The notes under the pieces: generated by a model | Seen by the model: the letters and a program-made list of their open reading frames with translations, nothing else | The model's database searches: none | Told to the model about the DNA's origin: nothing | In this document: one piece after another, positions 14,250 through 25,029 of the stretch | Numbering within the stretch: position 1 is the stretch's first letter | Layout: each line of letters opens with the position of its first letter | Translations under genes and position numbers: made by a program | DNA from: an uncultured Gemmatimonadaceae bacterium | GTDB taxonomy: Bacteria > Gemmatimonadota > Gemmatimonadetes > Gemmatimonadales > Gemmatimonadaceae | Direction: 5' to 3' | NCBI GenBank assembly: GCA_963732065.1 | Contig: CAVSYH010000023.1 | Coordinates: 1,851-65,850, forward strand | DNA: 64,000 bases

Positions 14250-16428
14250 ATGCCCGACCGCGCTCGCCGCACCTGAGATCTATCTCAATCGCGAACTGAG
14301 CTGGCTCGAGTTCAACGCCCGGGTGTTGCACGAGGCGCTCGACTCGCGCACGCCGCTGCTCGAGCGCTTGAAGTTCCTGTCGATCTTCAGCACGAACCTC
14401 GACGAGTTCTACATGGTGCGCGTGGCCGGCCTCCGGCGGCAGGTGGCCGCCGGCGTCGCGGTGTCGGCGCCCGACGGGCTCGCCCCACAGGAGCAGCTCG
14501 ACGCGATCGCGCGCCGCGTGTCCGAACAGCTGGCGCTGCGCGACCGCTGCCTGCACGGCGAGGTGCTCCCGGCGCTCGCGCTCCACGGGATCGAGCTCGT
14601 GTCCATGGAGGATCTCGACCGCTCGGAGTTCGCCGCGGTGGACAGCTTCTTCGAGTCGCACGTCTTCCCGGTGCTCACGCCGCTCGCGGTCGATCCTGGG
14701 CACCCGTTCCCGTACATCTCGAACCTGTCGCTCTCGCTCGCCACGGAGATCCGCGACCCGATCACCGGCGACACGCACTTCGCGCGCGTGAAGGTGCCGA
14801 AGAGCCTCTCCCGCTGGGTGTCCACCGGCAAGGGCCACCGCTTCGTGCCGCTGGAGCGCGTCATCGGCGCGAACCTCGGCGCGCTCTTCCCCGGGATGGA
14901 GATCCTGCGCTGGCACGCCTTCCGCATCACGCGCAACTCGGACATCGAGCTGGCGCCGAGCGAGGAGCCGGACGATCTGCTGGCGACGATCGAGGAGCAG
15001 GTGTTCCGCCGCCGGTTCGGCGAGGTGGTGCGGCTCGAGGTGCAGGCCGGGATGCCGGAGGCGACGCGGCTGCTGCTGCTCGACGAATTGCGCGACGACC
15101 GCCTGCCGCCCAACGCGACGCTCACCGAGAAGGATGTGCACGAGTTCGGCTCGCTGCTCGAACTGGGCGACCTCATGGAGATCGCCAGCCTGGATGTGCC
15201 GGAGCTCCGTGATCCGCCCTTCGTGCCGGTCACGCCGCCGCGGCTGCGCGGGGTGAATGGCGGGATCTTCGACGCGATCCGTCAGGGCGACATCCTCGTG
15301 CATCATCCGTTCGAGTCGTTCGCGACGAGCGTCGAGGCGTTCCTCGACCGCGCCGCCGAGGACCCGCAGGTGCTCGCGATCAAGCTCACGCTCTACCGCA
15401 CATCGGGCGACACGCCGATCGTGCGCGCGCTCACGGCCGCGGCGGAGCGGGGGAAGCAGGTGGTGGTAATGATGGAGATCAAGGCGCGCTTCGACGAGGC
15501 CAACAACATCACGTGGGGGCGCCAGCTCGAGAGTGCCGGCGTGCACGTGGTGTACGGCGTGGCGGCGCTCAAGACGCACGCGAAGGTGTGTCTGGTGGTG
15601 CGCCGCGAGGCCGACGGCATCCGCCGCTACGTGCACATCGGTCGGGCAACTACAACTCGCGCACGGCGCGCCTGTACACCGACTTCGGACTGTTCACCGC
15701 CGACCCGCTCATCGGTGCGGACGTGAGCGACCTGTTCAACTTCCTCACCGGATTCTCGCATCAGCGCTCGTACCGCCGGCTGCTCGTGGCGCCCACCGAG
15801 TTGCGCGAGCGTCTCAAGCAGCTGATCCGCCGCGAAGCGGACCACGCGCGCGCGGGACGGCCGGCACGGATCGCCGCGAAGATGAACGCCGTCGTGGATC
15901 CCGACGTGATCTTCGAGCTGTACGAGGCGTCGCAGGCCGGCGTGGAGATCGACCTGATCGTGCGCGGCGCGTGCGCGCTGCGGCCCGGCGTGCCGGGGCT
16001 CAGCGACCGGATCCGCGTGGTGGGTCACATCGGACGCCTGCTCGAGCACTCGCGCATCTGGAATTTCGCGAACGGCGGCGCCGAGGAATTCTATCTCGGG
16101 CAGCGCCGACTGGATGCAGCGGAACTTCGACCGCCGCGTGGAAGTGATCACGCCGGTGGTGGATGTGGCGCTGCACGACCGGCTGCGCTCACTGTTCGCG
16201 ACGTATCTCGCGGACAATCGGTTGGCGTGGGACCTCGACTCGGCGGGGCAGTACCACCAGCGCAGCGCCGGCAGTGAACCCGAGCGGAATGCGCAGACGA
16301 TCCTCATGATGCATCCGTGGGGCGAGGCGGTGGCTGCGGCGGCACCACTCGCACTCGCGGCGCCTGCGACCGCGTCCGTCATGACGACGGCGGAGAGGGA
16401 AGTCGCAGTCTCGATGGCGGCTGAATAA
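14250..16428 (+). CDS. ppk: Polyphosphate kinase 1 (frame broken at least 3 times; start inferred)
   Basis: PEIYLNRELSWLEFNARVLHEALD, FLSIFSTNLDEFYMVRVAGL, RRYVHIG/TGNYN and LLEHSRIW, with the C-terminal piece in ORF 16114..16428. The only upstream ATG (14250) is out of frame by one base. Confidence 0.88.
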
Positions 16429-16437
16429 CCGCGAACG

Positions 16438-16556
16438 GCGGGGTTGGTACCGCGAGGGGCGCGCTTGGCGTTGGCGGTGGGAAGCTCGCGCCAACCGAGG
16501 AGATCGCAGGTCCCAACGCCAACGCCAGGCGCGCTGGTAGCGGTACCAGCCCCGCC
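16438..16556. repeat. Nested 119-nt palindrome filling the convergent ppk1/ppx spacer (probable bidirectional terminator)
   Basis: Outer arms GGCGGGGTTGGTACCGC / GCGGTACCAGCCCCGCC. Inner arms GCGCGCTTGGCGTTGGCG / CAACGCCAACGCCAGGCGCGC, built of TGGCGT units. Confidence 0.6.
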
Positions 16557-16557
16557 T

Positions 16558-18202
16558 CTAGTCTTCCTCGCCGCCTTTGATATCGCCGCTCTCCTCACGG
16601 TCGAACACATTCCCGTCGGGATCAACGATCTCCACGGGCGTGCCCGCGACCTCTTCGAGGAGGCGCGCTTTCCGGCTCGCGCCCCAGAGCTCCAGGCGCA
16701 GCGACCGGCTCGCGATCCGCGGCACGGTGCTGATCCGGATGCAGCGCTCCACCCAGCGCACCTTCACGCGGTCCACCGCGGCGACGTGTCCGCGATCCAA
16801 TCCGTCGGCGACGCGCAGCAGTGCCGCGAGCCGCCGCACGCTCCGGCGCATCACGCGGTCGAGCGCGGCGAACTCGGCGTGCCGCTTCGAGGGTTCCGCG
16901 CCGCGGTGATAGCGCGCCACGTGCGCCACGACGAGCTGCTCCGCCGGTGACATGCCCAGCAATTCGGCGTGCGAGATCAAATAGTACGAATGCTTGTGGT
17001 GGCGGTCGTAGCTGATGTGATAGCCGATGTCGTGCAGCAGCGCCGCGGCCGAGAGCGTGTCGCGCTCCTGCGGCGAGCAGCCGAGCCGCGCGCCGAGCGC
17101 GTCGAAGAGCTGCAGCGACAGGCGCTGCACCTGCGTGCTGTGGCGCTCCTCGAAATGGCACGCGTCGGCGAGCCGGCGCACGGAGCGCTCGCGGGCGTCG
17201 CCGGGCCCGCCGATCGACGGCGCGATGCGCGCGTTCTCGAGCAGCAGTCCCTCGCGGATGCCGTAGCCCGACACGACGAGCCGCGGCGTATCGAGTCGCG
17301 CCATCACTTCCGCGATCACGGCGAGGCCGGCCACGATGATGTCGGCGCGCCCCGCGTTGAGCCCCGGCACGGCGAGGCGCTCGGCGAGCGACATGCCTTG
17401 CAGCGCATCCAGGATGTGCTCGAGCTCCACGCGGCTCACCGTGGTGCCGTGCACCGTGGGGAATCCGGTGATCCCCTGCCGGTAGAGCGCCATGCCCGCG
17501 AGGTTCGTGAACGTGCCGCCCGAGCCGATCACCGTCGGCGCTGCGCCATTCGCGCGCGGGCAGGTGCTGCTGCAGCTCGTGCCGCACGTGCTTGCGCAGC
17601 TTCTTCACCGCTTTGCGCGTGGTGTGCGGCGTGAGGAAGCGCTCGGTCATGCGCAGCACGCCGAAGGGCAGGGAGACGAGACGGTCCACGAGGCCGGCGG
17701 CGCTCAGCGCGAGTTCGAGCGAGCCGCCGCCGATGTCCACCACGGCCGCGCGGCCGCCGCCGAGATCGAAGTGCGCGAGCGCGCTGCGGAATCCGAGGCG
17801 CGCTTCGTCGTCGCCGCGCAGGATGCGCACCTTGAGCTTCGCCGACTGCTGCACGCGACCCAGGAACTCGCGCGCGTTCTGCGCGTCGCGCACGGCGCTG
17901 GTGGCCACGGCCTCGATGCGACTCGCGCCGAGCTGCCGCGCGAGGGTCGCCATGCGGGTGATCGCCTCGGTGGCGCGCTCCATCGCGGCGTCGCTCAGAT
18001 GGCCCGCTTCGTCGAGCCCGGCGCCGAGCCGCGGCGCCGCCTTCATTTCGCCCACCACCCGGATATTCCCGTCGGGTGCTACGTCGGCGACGATCTGCCG
18101 GATCGAGTTCGATCCGATGTCGATCGCGGCGACACGCTCGTGCCCGGTATCGGGCGCGCCCCCCGAGAGGCGGGCGACGGATTCGGCGGTGGCGGATGCC
18201 AT
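16558..18202 (-). CDS. ppx: Exopolyphosphatase / pppGpp phosphohydrolase family (Ppx/GppA; one frame switch near 17530)
   Basis: VAAIDIGSNSIRQIVADV, VVDIGGGSLEL, IGSGGTFTNLA and the HD domain LLHDIGYHISYDRHHKHSYYLI. Confidence 0.85.
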
Positions 18203-18205
18203 GCG

Positions 18206-18910
18206 CTAGGGCGAGGGGGCTGAGGTGAGCAGTTCGCGGCGGTGCTTGATCGATTTCCCTTCCGCAAGATACACCGCGTCCTCGGCGATGTTGGTCGCGA
18301 GGTCCGCGACCCGCTCGAGATTGCGGCTCACCAGGAACAGTTCGAGCGCCGCCGAGATCGTGCTCGCATCCTCGAGCATGTGCGTGAGCAGGATCCGGAA
18401 GAGCGAGTCGTGCAGTGCGTCCACTTGGTCATCGCGCCGGGTCACCTCGCGTCCCAGCGCGCCATCGGCGCGCACGAACGCATCGAGCGAGTCCGCCAGC
18501 ATCGCGCGCGCCCGGCGCGCCATGTCCTCGATCTCGGGATCGGGCGTGATGTCCGACTTCATCTCGGCCAGACGGAGCGCCGACTGCGCGATGTTGACGG
18601 CGTGATCACCCACGCGCTCGAGGTCGCTCGAAATCTTCATGGCGCTGATGATGAAGCGCAAGTCCTTCGCCATCGGCTGCTGCAGCGCGAGCAGCGACAC
18701 CGCGAGCTGCTCGATGTCCACTTCGAGCGTGTCCACCTCGTGGTCGGCCGCGATCACCGTCTCGGCCTTCGCGGTGTCGCGCTTGAGCAGCGCGTCCACG
18801 GCGAGTTCGACCAGCGCTTCGGCGCGCGCCGACATGTCGAACAGGCGCTGCTTGAGCTGGTCGAGTTCGTCGTGGAAGTGGCGGAACCCAGTATTGGCGT
18901 CGGTGCTCAT
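18206..18910 (-). CDS. phoU: Phosphate signalling complex protein PhoU
   Basis: Intact 234-aa ORF with two PhoU repeats (..[13 protein letters not shown].. / ..[13 protein letters not shown].. and [11 protein letters not shown] / [11 protein letters not shown]). Confidence 0.9.
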   Translation of the reverse strand: MSTDANTGFRHFHDELDQLKQRLFDMSARAEALVELAVDALLKRDTAKAETVIAADHEVDTLEVDIEQLAVSLLALQQPMAKDLRFIISAMKISSDLERVGDHAVNIAQSALRLAEMKSDITPDPEIEDMARRARAMLADSLDAFVRADGALGREVTRRDDQVDALHDSLFRILLTHMLEDASTISAALELFLVSRNLERVADLATNIAEDAVYLAEGKSIKHRRELLTSAPSP

Positions 18911-19722
18911 CCGAATCTCCCGGTGACGTACGCTTCGGTGCGCTGCTCGCGCGGGCTGGTGAAGAGGCGGCTCGTCTCGTCGGTCTCGATGAGGCGCCCC
19001 AGGTAGAAGAACGCGGTGACCTCGGATACCCGCGCGGCCTGCTGCAGGTTGTGCGTCACGATGACGATCGTGAGTTCGCGCTTCAACTCGTACAATAACT
19101 CTTCCACCTTCTGCGTGGCGATCGGATCGAGCGCGCTCGCCGGCTCGTCGAGCAGCAGCACCTCGGGCTCGTTCGCGAGCGCGCGCGCGATGCAGAGGCG
19201 CTGCTGCTGTCCGCCGGAGAGGCCGAGCGCGTTCTGTCGCAGACGGTCCTTCACTTCATCCCAGAGCGCGGCGCGGCGCAGCGCGAGCTCCACGATGCCA
19301 TCGAGATCGGCGCGCGCGCGCGTGCCGTTGAGCTGCGGGCCGAACGCGACGTTCTCGTAGATCGACTTCGGAAAGGGATTCGAGCGCTGGAACACCATGC
19401 CCACGCGCTGACGCAGCGAGACGGCGTCGAAGCGGGGCGCGTAGATGTCCTCGCCGTCGAGCTCGATCGCGCCGGTGTGCCGCGCGCCAGGGATCAGCTC
19501 CTGCAGCCGGTTCATCGAGCGCAGGAACGTGGACTTGCCGCAGCCCGACGGTCCGATGAACGCGGTGACGGAGCGCGGCTTGATCACGAGATCGATATCG
19601 TGCAGCGCCTGCTTCTTCCCGTACCAGAACGAATACGCGCGCGCCGCGATCGCGCCGCGGCCCGCCGCGCGCTCCGGCGCACCGGCGCTCGTGTCCTGCA
19701 TCAGTGACGGGACCGCGCTCAT
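18907..19722 (-). CDS. pstB: Phosphate ABC transporter ATP-binding protein PstB, copy 1 (intact)
   Basis: [43 protein letters not shown] and the C-terminus [10 protein letters not shown]. Its ATG overlaps the stop of the upstream pstB copy (ATGA). Confidence 0.9.
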   Translation of the reverse strand: MSAVPSLMQDTSAGAPERAAGRGAIAARAYSFWYGKKQALHDIDLVIKPRSVTAFIGPSGCGKSTFLRSMNRLQELIPGARHTGAIELDGEDIYAPRFDAVSLRQRVGMVFQRSNPFPKSIYENVAFGPQLNGTRARADLDGIVELALRRAALWDEVKDRLRQNALGLSGGQQQRLCIARALANEPEVLLLDEPASALDPIATQKVEELLYELKRELTIVIVTHNLQQAARVSEVTAFFYLGRLIETDETSRLFTSPREQRTEAYVTGRFG

Positions 19723-20571
19723 CCGAAGCGGCCCGTGAGATAGCTCTCGGTGCGCGAGTCTCTCGGCGTGGTGAACAGCTGCTCGGTGGCGCCCGTTTCC
19801 ACCAGCTCGCCCAGCAAGAAGAACGCGGTCGAAGTCGGACACGCGCGCGGCCTGCTGCATGTTGTGCGTCACGATCACGACGGTGAAGTCCTTGCGCAGT
19901 TCCCACACCAACTCTTCCACGCTCTGCGTGCTGATCGGATCGAGCGACGCCGTCGGCTCGTCGAGGAGGAGCACCTCCGGGCTCCGTCGCGAGCGCGCGC
20001 GCGATGCACAGACGCTGCTGCTGGCCGCCGGAGAGTCCCATCGCGCTCGCGCCCAGGCGGTCCTTCACCTCGTCCCAGAGCGCGGCGCGCTTGAGCGCCT
20101 TCTCCACGATCTCCGTCGGTCGCCTGCTTGTTCGGCGTGTCGTCGCCGAGCACGCGCAGGCCGGCGGCGACGTTCTCGCGGATCGTCATGGTCGGGAACG
20201 GCGTCGGGCGCTGGAAGACCATCCCGATGTGCCGGCGCACCTGCACCGGATTCACGCCCTTCGCCGTACACGTCGCGCCCGTCGAGCAGCACGCTGCCGG
20301 TGGCGCGCGCGCCGCTCACGGTCTCGTGCATGCGATTGAGCGTGCGCAGGAAGGTGGACTTGCCGCATCCCGACGGTCCGATCATCGCGGTGACGCGGCG
20401 CTCGGGCACGGTGAGCGACACGCCGCGCACGGCATGCACGTTCCCGAACCATGCGTTGAGGTTCGAGACGGTGATCCGGTCGCGCGCGGGCGCCTCGATC
20501 CCGGTGGACTTCCGCTCCGGGAGGACGAACCCGGTGCGCCGTCCCGGGCTAGTCGCTGCTGACGGCGCCAT
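19719..20571 (-). CDS. pstB: Phosphate ABC transporter ATP-binding protein PstB, copy 2 (frame broken at least 3 times)
   Basis: [58 protein letters not shown] and the C-terminus [10 protein letters not shown]. Confidence 0.8.
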
Positions 20572-21479
20572 GTCCGCGGGTGGCGAAACGGGCAGCAAGG
20601 CTGATGGCGAGGACGAGAGCGATGAGGACGAGGGCTCCGGCCCAGGCGAGGGAGTGCCATTCATCATAAGGGCTGATCCCGTAAGTGTAGATCTGGAGCG
20701 GCAGCGCCGAGATCGGCTGCCGCAGTGAAGTGGACCAGAACTGGTTGCCGAACGCCGAGAAGAGCAGCGGCGCCGTTTCGCCGGCGATGCGCGCGATCGC
20801 GACGAGCGCGCCGGTGACGATCCCGGCGCCGGCCGTGCGCAGCACGATCGTGAGCGACGTGCGCCACCGCGCATAGCCGAGCGCGAGCGCCGCCTCGCGC
20901 AGGGTGTTCGGCACGGTGAGCACCATCTCTTCGGTCGTGCGCGCGACCATCGGGATCATCATCGCCGCGAGCGCGATGCCGCCGGCAAGCGCCGAGAAGT
21001 GATGCACCGGGCGCACGAGCACTTCCCACGCGAAGATGCCCATCACGATCGACGGCATCCCGTTCAGCACGTCGCTCAGGAAGCGCACGACGTTCGCCAA
21101 GCCGCTCGTCTTGTGCTCGGCGCAGTAGAGTCCCGCGCCGATCCCCAGCGGCAGACCCGACGACGCCGCCGACCGCCACGAGGATGAGCGTGCCGACGAT
21201 GCCGTTCGCCAATCCGCCGCCGGCTTCGCCCACGGGCTTCGGCATCTTCGTGAAGAAATCCCAGCTCAACGATTCGGCGCCCATCTTCACGAGGTGTCCG
21301 AGGATGAAGAGCAGCGGCAGCGTCGCTGCGATCGCCGCAAGGCTGAGCAGCGTCAGCATCACGCTGTTCGTGAATTTCCGCCGGCCAACGGTGCGCTCGG
21401 CGCGCTCCGCGAACGCGCGCTGGCGCTGCGTCGGACGCGGCGCGCCGGGAACGATCGCACCCACCGACGGCGCGGTCAC
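20549..21479 (-). CDS. pstA: Phosphate ABC transporter permease PstA (frame-broken near 21100-21180)
   Basis: GTG at 21479 overlaps the pstC stop (GTGA). Contains [24 protein letters not shown] 20549..21100 carries the EAA-like loop [14 protein letters not shown]. Confidence 0.85.
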
Positions 21480-22456
21480 GCGGCCTTCCCCGTCGCGCGC
21501 CGGGTCACGGACCAGAGCAGCCAGCGCGCGAGCATATTCACGATGAGCGTCATGATGAGCAGCACGAAGCCCACCGCCATCAGCGAGCTGAGATGGAGGT
21601 CGCTCGTCGCTTCGCTGAACTCGTTCGCGATCAGCGACGCCATCGTGTACCCCGGCGCGAACAGCGATGCCGAGATCTCGTGGCGATTCCCGATGAGCAT
21701 GGTCACGGCCATCGTCTCGCCGAGTGCGCGGCCCAGCCCCAGGATGATCCCGCCGAAGATGCCGGAGCGCGCGAAGGGGAGCACCGCGTGCCGGATCATC
21801 TCCCACCGCGTGGCGCCGAGCGCCAGGGCCGCCTCGCGCTGAGAGCGCGGCACAGCGTACAGCACCTCGCGCGAGACCGACGCGATGTACGGCAAGACCA
21901 TTATCGAAAGGATGAGACCCGCGCCCAGCATGCTCGGCCCGTACGCCGGCCCCGAGAAGAATACGGTGGAACCGAGGTGCAGCGTGTCGCGCAGGAAGGG
22001 CATGATCGGATCGCGCAGCAGCGGCAGCAGCACGAAGATGCCCCAGAGTCCGTACACGACGCTCGGGATCGCGGCGAGCAGGTCCACGAGGAACGCCACC
22101 GGCTGGCGCATCCAGAGCGGCGCGAATTCCGAGAGGAAGAGCGAGACGCCGAGCGCGAGCGGCGTCGCGACCACCAGCGCGATGATCGACGAAACGATCG
22201 TGCCGTAGATCGCCGGCGCCGCGCCGAACTGGCCGTTGACCGGATCCCACGCGCTCGTGGTGAGGAAGGAGAATCCGAATTGGCGCAGGGCGGGCCAGCC
22301 CGCGATGGCGACGGCGACCGCGATCGCGAGGAGCAGCGCCGGCACCGAGAGGGCGAAGAGGGAGATCGCGCCCTGGTACACGGCATCGCCGCGCGACACG
22401 CCGTGAATGGCGATCTCGGCCGGCGCTCCGGGTTCGGTCGATCGGTCGAGCGTCAT
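21476..22456 (-). CDS. pstC: Phosphate ABC transporter permease PstC
   Basis: Intact 326-aa polytopic ORF with [15 protein letters not shown] and conserved pst gene order. Confidence 0.9.
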   Translation of the reverse strand: MTLDRSTEPGAPAEIAIHGVSRGDAVYQGAISLFALSVPALLLAIAVAVAIAGWPALRQFGFSFLTTSAWDPVNGQFGAAPAIYGTIVSSIIALVVATPLALGVSLFLSEFAPLWMRQPVAFLVDLLAAIPSVVYGLWGIFVLLPLLRDPIMPFLRDTLHLGSTVFFSGPAYGPSMLGAGLILSIMVLPYIASVSREVLYAVPRSQREAALALGATRWEMIRHAVLPFARSGIFGGIILGLGRALGETMAVTMLIGNRHEISASLFAPGYTMASLIANEFSEATSDLHLSSLMAVGFVLLIMTLIVNMLARWLLWSVTRRATGKAA

Positions 22457-22550
22457 GCGCGGGGAGGCGGATTCATGAGTGACCCGAAAGATGCGGGGTC
22501 ACTGTGCCGAATAAGCGTCCGCGACCGTAACGAGAGTGTCACACGGCACC

Positions 22551-22655
22551 CGCAAATGCGCGTGTGGCGCTTGGCGTATGGGACGGCGGCTGCAAATACA
22601 CGTGTGGCCGTTGACGTGTCGTAGCTACACGTCAACGGCCACACGCGCCTTTGCA
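22551..22655. repeat. Three copies of a roughly 27-nt unit (two direct, one inverted) between the porin gene and pstC; the last two form a 19-bp perfect hairpin
   Basis: CGCAAATGCGCGTGTGGCGCTTGGCGT (22551-77), TGCAAATACACGTGTGGCCGTTGACGT (22591-617), and the inverted ACACGTCAACGGCCACACGCGCCTTTGCA (22627-55). The stem CGTGTGGCCGTTGACGTGT has a CGTAGCT loop. Confidence 0.6.
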
Positions 22656-22659
22656 GTTC

Positions 22660-23889
22660 TTAGAACGTGATCTGGTAATTCAGCTGGTACATCGTCTTCT
22701 GCCCCACGGCACTCGTGGGCGAGCTCTGCGTCTGTCCCTGGTACGAGATACCGAGCGAGGACGACTTCGCCACGTCGATGAAGACCGTCGCAATGAGGAG
22801 GTTCTGCTTCAGGCTGACGTTATCGTTCGGCTGGTAATTGTCGTAGCGGAGAATGATGCCGAGCGGCAGGCCCTTCGGATCGCCGAACAGGAACGGCCGA
22901 ACGATCACGAATCCGTCGGTGAGCTTGGCCGTGTTGTCCACGATCGTAGAATCGGCCGCCTTCACGGACTGCGTCAGGCGGCCCGCGTACTCGAGTCCGA
23001 ACGTGAAGCGCGGATCGGCATTGCCGATGTACACGCCGTATGCGTTGTTCTCGAGGCCGGGCTTGTAACCGGGAGCGATGCCAGGGCCCTGTGTGCGGCC
23101 TGCCTGGTACCAGCCGCTGAGCTCGAAGGTCTTGAGCAGTCCGTTGCCCTTGGCCAGCGGCGTGAGGGAGAGGCGGAGCGCCGCGTCCTTATAGCGGTCC
23201 GCGTCGTTGGCCACCGTGTAGCCGCCGCCGTTATCGAGCACGCCGTACACCGCACCCCACTTACCCGGCAGGTTCACCTGCGCACCCACGCCGAGGTCGG
23301 ACGAGGCCGGCTGGATGCCCCAGAACTCGACGGCGGTCTTCTGGATCCAACGCGCCCAGTAGTGCTCTTCGTCGTCGATCACCACGGTCGTGATCTGACC
23401 GATGCGGGCGAACGCCGAGAGGTCGTTCGGCTCCGCGGCATGCGCGAAGTCCCACTGCATCCATGCGTACTTGAGGCGGATCGCCAATCCGGCATACTGT
23501 ACGGTCTGGCCGGCCGGGGCGGCAAGGGTGAAGACGTCGGTCGTCACGCGGAAGCCCCAATCAGGCGCGACCTGGCCGCGGAAGGTCAGGTAGGCGCGAT
23601 CGACGGTGAACTTGGACGTCGGATCGCCGTTGTTCGCCGCCTTGGTCGTGCTGTCCGTCTGGTACGTGTACGTGCCGAAGATCCACGTGCTGAAGTTCCA
23701 GCTCGGCTTGAACTCCGGCTTGGGCGGCACGGAATCCTTGGCCACCGGCTTCGGCGTGGTGCTGTCCTTCGCGGCGACCGCGGCCGGCGGCGTGGAGCCG
23801 AACGAGAAGGTCTGCGCCGCGGCCGGAACGGCGACGCTCGCGACCGACGCGAGCACCAGCGTGAGCGAACTCAAGAATGGGCGGTTCAT
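22660..23889 (-). CDS. Outer-membrane beta-barrel porin inside the pst operon (possibly a phosphate-selective OprO/P-like porin)
   Basis: Intact 409 aa. Signal peptide MNRPFLSSLTLVLASVASVAVPAAAQ, alternating-hydrophobicity strands, and C-terminal ...YQLNYQITF (terminal Phe). Family not verified. Confidence 0.6.
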   Translation of the reverse strand: MNRPFLSSLTLVLASVASVAVPAAAQTFSFGSTPPAAVAAKDSTTPKPVAKDSVPPKPEFKPSWNFSTWIFGTYTYQTDSTTKAANNGDPTSKFTVDRAYLTFRGQVAPDWGFRVTTDVFTLAAPAGQTVQYAGLAIRLKYAWMQWDFAHAAEPNDLSAFARIGQITTVVIDDEEHYWARWIQKTAVEFWGIQPASSDLGVGAQVNLPGKWGAVYGVLDNGGGYTVANDADRYKDAALRLSLTPLAKGNGLLKTFELSGWYQAGRTQGPGIAPGYKPGLENNAYGVYIGNADPRFTFGLEYAGRLTQSVKAADSTIVDNTAKLTDGFVIVRPFLFGDPKGLPLGIILRYDNYQPNDNVSLKQNLLIATVFIDVAKSSSLGISYQGQTQSSPTSAVGQKTMYQLNYQITF

Positions 23890-23914
23890 GTCTCTCTCTG
23901 AGTGGGTGAGTGGT

Positions 23915-23951
23915 GCCGGGCGCCGCGATCATCCCGATCGCGGCGCCCGGC
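23915..23951 (-). terminator. 16-bp perfect GC hairpin between pstS and the porin gene (intercistronic attenuator or mRNA stabiliser)
   Basis: GCCGGGCGCCGCGATC-ATCCC-GATCGCGGCGCCCGGC. Confidence 0.55.
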
Positions 23952-23960
23952 GGTGCAGCA

Positions 23961-24983
23961 CTACATCGCGGGCAGCTTGATCGCGGCGACCTGCTTGTCG
24001 AGCCGCTTCACGAGCGAGGACGGCAGCGGCGCGTAGTCGAGCGCCGCCGTGGACTTCTGTCCGTCGTGCAGATACCACTTGAGGAAGTTCACCAGGTTCT
24101 TCCCCTTCGCCGCGTCGGTCTGCGTCTGGTACACGAGCAGCCACGTGAACGACGAGATCGGGTACGACTTCTTGCCCGGCGCGTTCACGATCGAGATACG
24201 ATAGTCGCTATTCTCGGGCAATTTCGCCACGGCGCCCGACGCGGCCTCGGTGACGGTCTCGATGGTCGCCTTCACCCACTCGCCGTCGGCGTTCTGCAGC
24301 TCGGCGCTCGGCATCTTGTTCTGGTTCGCGTACGCGATCTCGACGTAGCCGATCGAGCCCGGCGTCTGCTTCACGAGACCGGCGACGCCTTCATTGCCCT
24401 TGCCGCCGAGTCCCACCGGCCACGCGACTTCCTTGCCCTTGCCGGGCGCCGCGGCCCATGAGGGGCTCACCGTTGAGAGATAGTCGGTGAAGATGTAGGA
24501 GGTGCCGCTGCCGTCGGAGCGGTGCACCACGAGGATGTCGGCCGACGGGAGATTCACGCCCTTGTTGAGCGACGTGATCCGGGTGTCGTTCCACTTCGCG
24601 ATCTTGCCGGCGAAGATGTCGGCGATGACCGGACCCGTGAGCTTGAGCGAGCCGTCGTACCCGGGAATGTTGTACGTGATCACCACGGCGCCGAGCACGG
24701 TGGGGAAGTGGAACGCCGGCGCGGGCAGTTTGCTCATCTCATCGTTGGACATCGGCGCATCCGACGCGCCGAAGTCGACGGTGCCGGCCGTGAACTGGCG
24801 AATGCCGCCGCCCGAGCCGATCGACTGATAGTTGATCTTGACGTTCGTGGACGCGGCGTAGTCCGAGAACCACTTGCTATAGATCGGATACGGGAACGTG
24901 GCCCCGGCGCCGTTCAAATCCTGCGCGCTGGCCGCTCCGGCGGCGAGCAGCGCCGCCAGCAGTACGAGAGATCGCTTCGACAC
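23961..24983 (-). CDS. pstS: Phosphate ABC transporter substrate-binding protein PstS
   Basis: GTG at 24983 gives VSKRSLVLLAALLAAGAASAQ (signal). Also GAGATFPYPIYSKWF, YQSIGSGGGIRQF and DFGASDAPM. Confidence 0.9.
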   Translation of the reverse strand: MSKRSLVLLAALLAAGAASAQDLNGAGATFPYPIYSKWFSDYAASTNVKINYQSIGSGGGIRQFTAGTVDFGASDAPMSNDEMSKLPAPAFHFPTVLGAVVITYNIPGYDGSLKLTGPVIADIFAGKIAKWNDTRITSLNKGVNLPSADILVVHRSDGSGTSYIFTDYLSTVSPSWAAAPGKGKEVAWPVGLGGKGNEGVAGLVKQTPGSIGYVEIAYANQNKMPSAELQNADGEWVKATIETVTEAASGAVAKLPENSDYRISIVNAPGKKSYPISSFTWLLVYQTQTDAAKGKNLVNFLKWYLHDGQKSTAALDYAPLPSSLVKRLDKQVAAIKLPAM

Positions 24984-25029
24984 GGTGGACTCCCTGAGGT
25001 TGGATTGCGCTGTGAAGGTGTCGCTCCCT

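Noticed and set aside
14173-15636. 487-aa ORF on the minus strand
   Set aside because: It lies entirely antisense to the well-supported ppk1 and has Arg/Ala/His-rich, low-complexity composition. It is a typical shadow ORF of GC-rich DNA.
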